From the NCBI GenBank assembly GCA_000092065.1, contig CP000590.1: DNA of 64,000 nucleotides. The stretch is one strand, 5' to 3'. The notes below the pieces were generated by a model. That model searched no databases and had not been told where the DNA came from. It was given only the letters and a program-made list of their open reading frames with translations. The first letter of the stretch is position 1. Each line of letters begins with the position of its first letter. This stretch comes from Ostreococcus lucimarinus. Lineage: Eukaryota. A program made the translations under genes and the position numbers. Positions 10,071 through 19,222 of the stretch are shown here, piece after piece.

Positions 10071-11447
10071 ATGCCCGCCGAAACCGAAACCGCGCGCAAG
10101 TACCACATCGTCGGCGACTACGCCACCGCGCTGAACCCTCGAAACGACGCGCGAAGCGTGGAAAAATACGCGCGACACTTGGTGCTGCGTCCCCACGGCG
10201 CGCGCATCCAACGCGCGCTGTGCGCCGCGCGCGTCCTCGTCGTCGGCTGCGGTGGCCTCGGGTGCCCGTGCGCGATATATCTCGCCGCCTCGGGCGTGGG
10301 AACGCTCGGATTGTGCGACGCGGACGCGGTGGAGCTGAGCAACTTGCATCGACAGGTGGGACACTCGACGGCGGCGACCGGGACGTCGAAGGCGAAGTCG
10401 TTGGCGGCGCGGTGCGAGGGATTGAACGATGGCGTTCGAGTCGTGGTGCGAGAAACGTTCGCGACGACGGAAAATGTGATGGAACTTGTGGCGGGGTACG
10501 ACTTGGTGTGCGATTGTAGCGATAATCCGAGGACGAGGTATTTGTTGTCGGACGCGTGCGCGAGCGCGGAGATTCCGCTCGTGAGCGCGGCGTGCGTGGG
10601 ATTTGAAGGGCAGCTCACGGTGCTGTGTGGCACGCGAGCGTGGAATGATGACGATGAATCGTTTGGGGAGTTTGCGCCCGCACCGTGTTATCGATGTTTG
10701 TTTCCGACGCCGCCGGCGTCGGGAGACGCCGGGACGTGCGGGGCGTCTGGCGTGCTCGGACCGCTGCCTGGCATCGTGGGTACTTTTCAAGCGCTCGAGG
10801 CCATGAAAACGCTGGCTGGGGTAGGGGAGTCCATGCGAGGAAAAATGTTAACGTTCGACGCGTTGAGCGCGAGACCGACGATGACGTTGAACATGCGGGA
10901 ACAGCGAGACGCCGCGTGCGCGTGTTGCTCGACGTTGACGTCTCACGACGGACGCTTCGACGTCGCGACGTACGATTACGACGCTTTCTTATCGTCGACG
11001 CCGTGTCCGATGCGCGGAAGAAAAGCGAGACGCGGTGGCGTTGATGTGAACGCGCCGCCGAAGTTTGGGGCGCGAGAAATGCCGGAGCGCGGCGGCGGCG
11101 GCTGGCGACGCGTGGATGCGAAAGCGGCGACGACGTACGTCAAAGATGAGGGCGTCACCGTAGTCGACGTGCGTCCCAAGCACATGTACGACGCAGCGCA
11201 CATACCTGGATCTATTTCGTTACCAATAGAAACGCTCGACGTCGAGACGTGGAACGGCGCCGTGGGCGCGGCGGTTGAAGGATACCGTCTGTGCTTCGTG
11301 TGCGCGGGAGGCAACAACAGCCAAAGAGCGGCGCAATGGTTCGTGGACGCGAAAGTCGCCACCGCTGCCCCGGCGAGCGTCGTCGACGTTTGTGGCGGTC
11401 TCGCCGCGATGCGCGACGCGGGCTACGACGTCCCGAGACTCGATTGA
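10071..11447 (+). CDS. MOCS3: MOCS3/CNX5 adenylyltransferase-sulfurtransferase (MoeB/ThiF E1-like domain plus C-terminal rhodanese domain)
   Basis: ThiF nucleotide-binding motif VLVVGCGGLGCP, zinc CxxC pairs, and a rhodanese domain with active-site Cys in CFVCAGGNNSQRAAQW. ATG at 10071. Confidence 0.85.
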   Translation: MPAETETARKYHIVGDYATALNPRNDARSVEKYARHLVLRPHGARIQRALCAARVLVVGCGGLGCPCAIYLAASGVGTLGLCDADAVELSNLHRQVGHSTAATGTSKAKSLAARCEGLNDGVRVVVRETFATTENVMELVAGYDLVCDCSDNPRTRYLLSDACASAEIPLVSAACVGFEGQLTVLCGTRAWNDDDESFGEFAPAPCYRCLFPTPPASGDAGTCGASGVLGPLPGIVGTFQALEAMKTLAGVGESMRGKMLTFDALSARPTMTLNMREQRDAACACCSTLTSHDGRFDVATYDYDAFLSSTPCPMRGRKARRGGVDVNAPPKFGAREMPERGGGGWRRVDAKAATTYVKDEGVTVVDVRPKHMYDAAHIPGSISLPIETLDVETWNGAVGAAVEGYRLCFVCAGGNNSQRAAQWFVDAKVATAAPASVVDVCGGLAAMRDAGYDVPRLD

Positions 11448-11655
11448 TTAAAATTGTTTCAACGCGCGGCGAGCACTTTATTTCTACAACAACACGCCTA
11501 CGATTCCACGCGCGCTTGCACGATCTCCGGTCGTTCACCCTTGGATTCCGCGGTTTGCATCGTCGCGAGCGCCGCCTCGACGACGCCCTCGGTGAGTTCG
11601 CCGCTCGCGCTCATCGCGTCCACCACCTCCTGCGCCTCTTCGGGCGATTGCGAGT

Positions 11656-12339
11656 TCAGAACTTTGTAGTAATTCGAAAAGTCGCGGCGACGATCGCCCC
11701 ACCCACGATTCGCCGCCACCACCGTCCACGCCGCGGCTTCTCGCCCTTATCCGACGCGGCGTCGCGCGTCGAGAGCGCGACCTCCGCGACGACGTCCTCT
11801 TCCGACCGCCCCTGCGGGCATCCGTTCGCCTCGAGATATCGCAACACGCCCTCGCTCGCGCCGCCCGCGTACTTGACCCAAAAGTCTCTGTCTTTCGCCA
11901 ACCACGCCGGCACCGGCGACGCGCGCGTCGTCGTCTCGCGCTCCGTCTCCGCCTCCGTCTCCGCCTCCGCCTCCGCCTCCGCCTCCGCGTCGCCCTCGCG
12001 CGTCACCACCCCGATCTGAAAATCTCTCAGCTGCGTCCACGCCCGCGCGCTGTGAATCTCCTCGAACTCATCGCTCGCCTCTTTCCCGAGCGCCCGCGCG
12101 ATCGCCAGCGCCGTCGACACCTGCCCCGCGTTGTTGAATCCCGGGTGCGTCGTCGCGAACGCCGTGATGTCGAACACGCGCTCGCGCACCACGATCCATC
12201 CGTCCGCGAGGCGCGCGTGCGCCGCGACGTCCTCGCGCGTGTACTTTCGCCACCTCGCGCGCTCGTCGTCCGTCGGCGCGCGCCGGAGCGCGTCGACGAC
12301 GGCGAGGTCGACGGCGACGTCGCGCCCGGACGCGTGCAT
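11656..12339 (-). CDS. Cytochrome b5-domain protein with a C-terminal tail-anchor helix, transcribed divergently from nitrate reductase. The listed ORF extends to 12798 through R-rich sequence.
   Basis: Heme-binding b5 fold YTREDVAAHARLADGWIVVRERVFDITAFATTHPGF...DEFEEIHS with both His ligands. An (EA)n linker is encoded by a (CTCCGC)n repeat at about 11941-11990. C-terminal hydrophobic tail RRGRWWRRIVGGAIVAATF. The C-terminal frame is uncertain: an alternative frame (ORF 11498..11722) also looks protein-like. Confidence 0.55.
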   Translation of the reverse strand: MHASGRDVAVDLAVVDALRRAPTDDERARWRKYTREDVAAHARLADGWIVVRERVFDITAFATTHPGFNNAGQVSTALAIARALGKEASDEFEEIHSARAWTQLRDFQIGVVTREGDAEAEAEAEAETEAETERETTTRASPVPAWLAKDRDFWVKYAGGASEGVLRYLEANGCPQGRSEEDVVAEVALSTRDAASDKGEKPRRGRWWRRIVGGAIVAATFRITTKF

Positions 12340-12658
12340 CGTCGCGCCGTTCGAGCGCGGACGACCGGACGCGTCGTCGGCGGCGCGCGGACGCGCGGCC
12401 GCGCGCGCGCGGACGCGTCGCGCGTCGCGCGCGCGCGTCGCGCGTCGCGTCGTGGCGCGACGACGTCGACGGGCGCGAAGCGTCACTTTGGTAAAAAAGG
12501 AAAAAATGCGTATGGGCAAACAGTATGACGCTTCGGCGACGCTTGGAGATTCCGAAACGACTCGGTCGACGGCTGGCGTCGACGCGACGCGACGCGCACA
12601 ACGCGGCCCTCGCGCGGTCGACGCGGCGTCGCGAGACTCGAAGCGTCGTCGTCGAGTC

Positions 12659-14324
12659 ATGGCGAACGCCGTCGTCGCGATCGTCGCCGCGGGCGCGGGC
12701 GCGTTCGCGGGCAAGCTGCTCGACGGGAAAAAGCGCGAGACGTCGCGAGGCGCGGACGACGCGGACGACGTCGACTTTAAGACGGACGCGAAGTCCAACG
12801 TCGATCACGCGGCGGCGGCGAAAAAGCATCAGTACCTGGCGCAGAAGTACCCGGAGGTGGACGAGCGAGACTTGAAGACGCCGGATAATTGGGTGAAGAG
12901 GCATCCGTGCGTGCGAGACGCGAGGCGACGCGAACGCGGGACGACGAGGACGCGGCGAACGACGACGGCGCGCGTGACTGACGGTGGTTTGCGTCGATCG
13001 TGGTGATAGGAATTTGATTCGTCTGACCGGGAAACACCCGTTTAACGTCGAGGCGTCGCTTCCGGAGTTGTATGATTACGGATTCATCTCGCCGGTGAAC
13101 TTGCACATCGTGCGGAATCACGGCGCGGTGCCGAAGTGCGATTGGGACACGCACAAGATTAACATTTGTGGCAACGTCCCGAAACCGTTCGAGATCGGTA
13201 TGGACGAGTTGGTGAAAATGCCGAGCGACACGTTCCCGTGCTTGGTGGTGTGCGCGGGGAACCGTCGGAAGGAACAAAACTTGGTCAAGTCGTCGATTGG
13301 GTTCTCGTGGGGGCCGTGCGCCATCGGAAACACGTACTGGACGGGCGTACCGCTGCGAGTGTTGCTCAACAGAGCGGGCATTCATAAGCCCGGTCCGGGT
13401 GCGCGATACGTGTGCTTGGCTGGTCCGCAAAACGAATTGCCGAAGGACTACCCCGATCAAGACGGTGGTCCGGGATCGTACGGCACATCCATCGACATGG
13501 AAACCGCGCTCGATCCGACGTGCGATGTCATTGTGGCGTACGAACAAAACGGTGCCAAGCTTCACCCAGACCATGGATTCCCAGTGCGGGTGATCATTCC
13601 CGGTTACATCGGTGGGCGCATGATAAAGTTTTTGAAGGAGATTAAAGTCACCGACAGAGAGTCAAACAACTTTTATCACTTCAACGATAACCGCGTGTTA
13701 CCGCCGCCAGTTGACGCTGAGCGCGCGACCGAGGAGGGATGGTGGTTCAAGCCCGAGTTCATCATCAACCAACTCAACATTAACGGTGCCATCGCGTACC
13801 CGGCGCCCGAAGAAGTCATTCCCAAGTCGCAAAAGACGTACGCCTTCAAAGGTTACGCCTACTCTGGCGGCGGTCGCAAGGTCATTCGCGCCGAGCTTTC
13901 CTTCGATCAAGGCTTGAGCTGGGAATTGAGTGATATTCACACTCGCGAAGAACCGCGATGGGCCGATTTCAGCTCCGGTGACAAGGCCAGGCACTGGTGC
14001 TGGTGCATGTGGACTCTCGAAGTGCCGATTGAGAAGCTCCTCGACAAAAAGTGCGTCGAAGTGTGCTTCCGCGCCGTCGATCAATCCATGAACAAAATGG
14101 ACGAGCGCCCGACGTGGAACGTCATGGGTATGTTGAACAACCCGTGGTACCGCGTCCGCATCCACCACACGCCCACGGGCGACGTTCGCGTGGAGCATCC
14201 GTGCATCGCCGGTCCGACCCCCGGCGGCTGGATGCAAAAGATGGCGGCTAAGGAACCCACCGGAGAACTTCTCTGGGGCTGGGGCGGCCAAGGCACGCCG
14301 GCCGCGCCCCCGAGAGAAGAATAA
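12659..14324 (+). CDS. NIA: Nitrate reductase, Mo-molybdopterin and dimerisation domains only. Two exons, join(12659..12906, 13010..14324), 520 aa. It stops in hinge 1 with no cytochrome-b5, FAD or NADH domains.
   Basis: NR-specific motifs TPDNWVKRHP|NLIRLTGKHPFN (splice junction), Mo-ligand Cys in LVVCAGNRRKEQNLVKSSIGFSWG, and the dimerisation domain WWFKPEFIINQLNING...YAFKGYAYSGGG...WNVMGMLNNPWYRV...GGWMQKMAAKE, then a stop after about 30 more residues followed by an AT-rich 3' UTR. Intron 12907..13009 with donor GTGCGTGCGAG and branch ACTGAC at 12977..12982. Confidence 0.8.
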
Positions 14325-14485
14325 ATTATTCGTGATGTTTTTCGATTTATTATGACCTCGTGTAAGATTATCACCATCATTCCTTAAGTCTCTCTCTCTT
14401 CGCCGTCGACGCTCGGCGTCGACGCTCGCGCGCCTCACACGCAGCCTCGCGTCCGACTTCGCTTCATCCCACGACCGCGCGCGCG

Positions 14486-14767
14486 ATGGATCTCATATTC
14501 ATCCTCCGTCAATACATCGGCATCGTCCTCTCCATGGCCGCCTTCGCCGGCTTCGCCTTCTGCACCAAACTCGAGCGACGCTTCGACCTCGACCAAACCA
14601 AAATCATTCACGTCTCCGTCGGTCTCGCCGTCGTCGGCCTGCTGTTCCACGAACTGCGCCCGTACAAGCGACAGGCTGGATTGACGTTTAGCAAAGAGCA
14701 GGCCGAGGAGGAGTGGAAGGCGCGCGAGGAGGAGATCGCCGCGGCGAAGACGAAGAAGAAAAAGTAA
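14486..14767 (+). CDS. Small hypothetical membrane protein (93 aa, two hydrophobic helices, Lys-rich tail)
   Basis: A real ATG with unbiased composition, sitting between the NR 3' UTR and the kinase gene. No recognisable family. Confidence 0.3.
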   Translation: MDLIFILRQYIGIVLSMAAFAGFAFCTKLERRFDLDQTKIIHVSVGLAVVGLLFHELRPYKRQAGLTFSKEQAEEEWKAREEEIAAAKTKKKK

Positions 14768-14987
14768 CTTTTCGACGGCGCGCGCGGGACGCGTCGAGTT
14801 CGCCGCTCGAGCGGCGCGGCGCGGCGTCGCGACGCGCGTAGGTTGTAATTCGATTAGCGTCGCGCTCGCGCGCCGCGCGTCCGTCCGCGTCGTCGTCGAC
14901 GGCGTCCGCGAGGCTTCGGGCGCGACGTCGACCCCGCGCCAAGGGACACGAAGAGGCGCGAGGAGACGGCACTCCGCGCCGCGACGC

Positions 14988-16781
14988 ATGGGATGCGCCG
15001 CGTCCTCCGCGAGCGCGTCCGCGCCCGCGAGCGCGCTCGCGCTCGTCGACTTCAACGCGCGATTCGCGGACGAGTACGTCGTGCGGGAGAAAATCGGCGT
15101 CGGACAGCAAGGGACGGTGTACCTGTGCGAGGACGCGGAGACCGGGACGACGCGCGCGATGAAGGAGACGCACATCGGGGTGTTCGGCGCGAACGCGAAG
15201 CGACGAGAGGCGTACTGCGAGATTGAATTGCTGTCGCAGATGCGACATCCGAACGTGGTGAGGATGGTGAAGGCGTACCAGACGAGCGCGGAGGTGCAGG
15301 TGGTCATGGAACACGCCGGGCGAGACACGTTGTTGACGTACCTCGTCGCTCTGGACGACGCCGAGGGGATGACGGAGGAAGAAAAGATGCACATTAAACA
15401 TGAATTGATTCGGCAGTTGGTGGACGCGGTCGCGCACGTGCACTCGAGGGATGTGGTGTTTCGGGATTTGAAGCACGAAAACGTCATGGTCACGAGCGAC
15501 GACGATTTGAGAAACGCGCAGATTAAGCTCGTTGATTTCGGTCGCGCGGCGTCGCTGCGCCGGGAAGATCGACTGAATAATCAGCCACCTCTCGGGACGT
15601 CGTTATTTCAAGCGCCCGAAGTAGAAGAGCGTCGAGAGTATGGACAAGCGGCGGATATGTGGGCCGTCGGCGTCTTCGTTTACTTTTTAGTCACGGGGCA
15701 GATGCCGTTCGAGCACACCGTGGCGGGGCTTTACAAGGTGCTGCGAGGAGAATATGAACCCATGGAAGAGTCAATAAATAAGCACGCGCGCAATTTGGTG
15801 GCTAAGCTTCTCGTGCTCGACCCGGCGAAACGAATCAACGCTGCTCAAGCGAGCACGCATCGATTCTTGCGGCAGAGAAACGCCGCGCACGTGCACGTCG
15901 GCGAGGGCGACGCGCTCAGAGTGCCGAAACACATGGAAAAAGCGGCAAAGAGACAACTCCGAGCGCTCGTGATGCAGGACAGTCTGGAGCTGCACACGGT
16001 GGGATTGCTCGCGGAGAAGCTCACGCCCGAGGATTTGAAGACGCTTCGGCGTTGGTTACGCATGAAGGCGGAAATGTCTGTGCGCGGAGGAGTGGCGAAC
16101 GCGCGCGAAAAAAATGCATCTCATAGTATCTCTCAGCGACAGTCTCCGGATGCTTCAATCCGAGCGGGTCACACGTACACCGACGAACTCCAGGCACACG
16201 TGGCGCTCAACGCGTTGTACAATGAAATGACGAAGGATCAAGGGAGTGAGTCCAACAGTAGAGAAGTGAGCTTCCATGGCGGCGCACTTACGAAAACGCA
16301 GTCGTACCAGAAGCTCACGGAAGCACTGGAAAATTTAGAAGAAATGAGTTCTGGTGACGAAGCCGATGTGCACAGGCCGTCTCCGCCAAAGAAGATTAGC
16401 AAAAGCTCGCTGAGCGACGCCGCGCGGCAAGAGTCCGCACAAAAGACTACTGGCACGAGTGATATCGCTACAAGCCGCAGTTTCGTCGGCTACGCGCATC
16501 AGAGCGGAATGTGTACGGTGGATGAGCTCATCACTGCTTGCATTAGCGCTGGCCTTCAATCCGTGGCGGACGAGTTGCAAACCGTTCGCGACGATTTGAA
16601 AAAAGAACGCTTGGCGAAGCTCGCGGCGACGGGCGCGGATACGCAGACGCAGAACGAGAGCGTCCTTCTCGACATCATGCTCTTCAGATACGAAGACTTA
16701 CTTGCGAAGGTCGAGAACGCGCACTTAGACCAAGTAAAGGACTGGTCAGTTCGAGCGGGAGTGATGGAGAACGGGCTGTAG
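14988..16781 (+). CDS. Ser/Thr protein kinase (CAMK/CDPK-related catalytic domain) with an N-terminal MGCAAS myristoylation/palmitoylation motif and a long non-catalytic C-terminus
   Basis: Kinase subdomains GVGQQGTVY...AMK, HRDLKHENVMV, DFG, APE. ATG at 14988. No EF hands. Confidence 0.8.
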   Translation: MGCAASSASASAPASALALVDFNARFADEYVVREKIGVGQQGTVYLCEDAETGTTRAMKETHIGVFGANAKRREAYCEIELLSQMRHPNVVRMVKAYQTSAEVQVVMEHAGRDTLLTYLVALDDAEGMTEEEKMHIKHELIRQLVDAVAHVHSRDVVFRDLKHENVMVTSDDDLRNAQIKLVDFGRAASLRREDRLNNQPPLGTSLFQAPEVEERREYGQAADMWAVGVFVYFLVTGQMPFEHTVAGLYKVLRGEYEPMEESINKHARNLVAKLLVLDPAKRINAAQASTHRFLRQRNAAHVHVGEGDALRVPKHMEKAAKRQLRALVMQDSLELHTVGLLAEKLTPEDLKTLRRWLRMKAEMSVRGGVANAREKNASHSISQRQSPDASIRAGHTYTDELQAHVALNALYNEMTKDQGSESNSREVSFHGGALTKTQSYQKLTEALENLEEMSSGDEADVHRPSPPKKISKSSLSDAARQESAQKTTGTSDIATSRSFVGYAHQSGMCTVDELITACISAGLQSVADELQTVRDDLKKERLAKLAATGADTQTQNESVLLDIMLFRYEDLLAKVENAHLDQVKDWSVRAGVMENGL

Positions 16782-16885
16782 TTAATATGTATGATTTCGA
16801 AATGAATCACAACACGACGAAGCTAAGCGCTAACACTCTTTTTTGTTTTTTCGATGTTTTTGCTTTGTAATGTACTCTCACGCTC

Positions 16886-18622
16886 TCACATGTAGCGCGG
16901 CCCGTACGCCGACGGCGAGTTTGGATCCATGCGCGCTCCCCATTGGAACTCCGTCATCAGACAGACGTGGTCACTCGACCACTGCGTATTGGGTAAACCA
17001 CCATACTTGGCGCGAACCTCGCGCTCACCGGGAAGTTCAAGTAAACTCACCGGCGCGAGGGCGTCTTCGGTATAGAAGACGTAATCCAGCGCACCGTTGA
17101 AGTCTTTGGTGCAATTGGTGAACAACGGCTCGCCGATGACGTCCACACGGTCGCGCTGGCGCTCCAGCGCCTCTGAATCCAAACATGGTTTATGCAAGTT
17201 AGTGTACGCCGACACGAGCGGAAGCGGGTGCGATAACTTCGTAGACGGTTGCAAGATTCCAAAAGGATCGATGCCAAGTTCTGGGTGGTCCGCGGGAACG
17301 CGACCGTTCGACAGGAGCGAGTGCGCCGCCGATCCTGGAACCGAGTTGAAATCTCCGCACACCACCATGGGAATTTCCGCAGACGTCGCAATCTTTTCCA
17401 AACCCTTGAGCAACGTGTGAACCTGCCATAACTTAACGTCGTTGTGCTCGGTGTTGGCATGAATGTGCGTATTCGCCACGCATAGCAACTGCCGTTTCCC
17501 TTGCAACAGTTGCTGGTCCACGTCCAACGCCTCGAGGACGACGATGAGAGCGATGTTATCCTTCATCAACCGGTTTAGCGCATCCTTCTTCTGCGTCGCT
17601 CCGCCGAGAGACTCGACCAGACTCAGCGCAGCCTTATTGAATTCTACCTCGTACTTCTTAATCAACGCAAACTTGTCCTTCTTGAAGAAGATGGCGCAGC
17701 CGTCGATGACAAATTTCCCTTCACTGAACACTTGCGCCGTCTTCTTCTTGTAAACTGAAGCGTAACCGTACTTGGCCATTTCACCTTGAAAAAAGTCCTC
17801 GTAGTGGTCGGATTGCACTTCCTGCAAGCAAAGAATATCTGCATTGTAGTTGACAATCTCCTTCAAGATGTTCTGTCGGCGGTACGCCCACGCCAACGCC
17901 CAGTCGGGGACGTACCCGTACATGTCGCTGTTACAGTATAGATCAGCAAGCACGTTGTACGTCGCCACCGTGAAAGTGCGAGGTTCTGGAGTGCTATTGT
18001 GCGAAATCTTCACCAAATTCCTTCTCGGTGGCTCCGGCGCTGGAATCACTCTGCCGGTTATCACATTTTGCGGCTGCGCTTGCTCGTTCCCACTCTTCGC
18101 GTCCACGGGTACGACTTCCAACTTCAACACGTGCCCGACGTCATCCGCGCTCACCGTATAGTTCCTCGTCTGACAAACTTCAATCCAAGGCTCCACTCGT
18201 TTCTTCTCATCGGGTTTGTCCTCTGCCCGCTCCGCCTTTGCCGCCTTCCATCCATCGACGTCATCCTTCGGAGACGCTCGATCCGCCTTGGTCGGGAATG
18301 GCTCCCCATTCGCGATCCGGTTACGATTCCACTCTCGCCACGCGTGCTTGAAGCATTCGGAATCGCAGTGATACGTGCGCGTCGCTATATTCAGAAGCGT
18401 AGCCTGTTCCGCCGGGTGCACCGAGCACACGTTCATTTTCGTCTTCTTCCCCGACCGAAACCATCGATACCGCACGTAACTCCCCTCGTGCGCGTTCTCC
18501 TTACCGATATCCTCCGTCGTCGACGTCCCATCGCTCTTACGCGTCACGATATACGGCGCGAGCTCCACGCCGACGATGGGCGTGTCGGTGTTCAGCGTCG
18601 CCCTCGTCACGGTCAAACTCAT
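16886..18622 (-). CDS. CCR4/nocturnin-like deadenylase (endonuclease-exonuclease-phosphatase family)
   Basis: EEP catalytic motifs FTVATYNVLADLY...ILCLQEVQSDHYEDFF...GDFNSVPGSAAHSLL. ATG at 18622. Confidence 0.75.
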   Translation of the reverse strand: MSLTVTRATLNTDTPIVGVELAPYIVTRKSDGTSTTEDIGKENAHEGSYVRYRWFRSGKKTKMNVCSVHPAEQATLLNIATRTYHCDSECFKHAWREWNRNRIANGEPFPTKADRASPKDDVDGWKAAKAERAEDKPDEKKRVEPWIEVCQTRNYTVSADDVGHVLKLEVVPVDAKSGNEQAQPQNVITGRVIPAPEPPRRNLVKISHNSTPEPRTFTVATYNVLADLYCNSDMYGYVPDWALAWAYRRQNILKEIVNYNADILCLQEVQSDHYEDFFQGEMAKYGYASVYKKKTAQVFSEGKFVIDGCAIFFKKDKFALIKKYEVEFNKAALSLVESLGGATQKKDALNRLMKDNIALIVVLEALDVDQQLLQGKRQLLCVANTHIHANTEHNDVKLWQVHTLLKGLEKIATSAEIPMVVCGDFNSVPGSAAHSLLSNGRVPADHPELGIDPFGILQPSTKLSHPLPLVSAYTNLHKPCLDSEALERQRDRVDVIGEPLFTNCTKDFNGALDYVFYTEDALAPVSLLELPGEREVRAKYGGLPNTQWSSDHVCLMTEFQWGARMDPNSPSAYGPRYM

Positions 18623-19043
18623 GCCGACGACTCCACCCCACGATCCGCACCAGCACCACCCTCGACGCCCTCAATCGATCGTCCAACGCCCTCAGCGCGC
18701 CCTCGACCCCCCCCCGCGTCCGCTCGCGTCCTCTTCCTCGCGCGTTTCGCGTGATTTCCGTTCGAAATGTCGATCTTCCCCGGCGATTACCCGCGCTCGA
18801 TCGCCGTCCCGCGTCGCGCGCGCGCGTTTTCGCGTCGCGCGCGCCGCGTTCCCGACGACGGCTTCGTCGCCCGCGCCGCGACGCGCTTCGCGCGCCCGCG
18901 GGCGTCTCGGCGCGGCGTTCTGCGCGCGTTTCGGCGTCGCGCGGCGGCGTCGATCCCTCGCGCGCGCGAAATCACCCCCGGTCGGCGACATCGACGTCGC
19001 CGACGGGGGGTTTTCTTCGCGAAAACGAAACGACGATTCGCGT

Positions 19044-19074
<31 letters not shown>

Positions 19075-19222
19075 ACCGAACCGCGCGCCGCAGCGCGCGA
19101 CGCGCGACGGCGCGCGGCGCGATCCTCGAGACGGCGAACGCGCGCGCGATCGCGCCCGGCGTCGTCGTCGCGGCGGCGCGACGGCGCGCGACGCCGAGGC
19201 GAACGACCCGAAGGCGCGTCAC

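Noticed and set aside
14325-14485. Possibility that NR continues into downstream exons encoding cyt b5/FAD domains
   Set aside because: There is no GTGCG donor before the stop at 14324, and the downstream sequence is AT-rich 3' UTR. The next plus-strand ORFs are an unrelated small membrane protein and a kinase. The only b5 domain nearby is on the opposite strand.
18767-19222. 5' extensions of listed ORFs (sulfotransferase 18767, Aurora to 22072, BROX-like to 52360, FtsHi to 35605, ETHE1 to 53721, DP to 42830, BSL to 47037, cyclophilin from 26940, TCAIM-like/DUF760 starts)
   Set aside because: The ORF track starts at GTG/TTG and runs through R-rich non-coding sequence. I trimmed to the first ATG preceding recognisable protein sequence or a targeting peptide.
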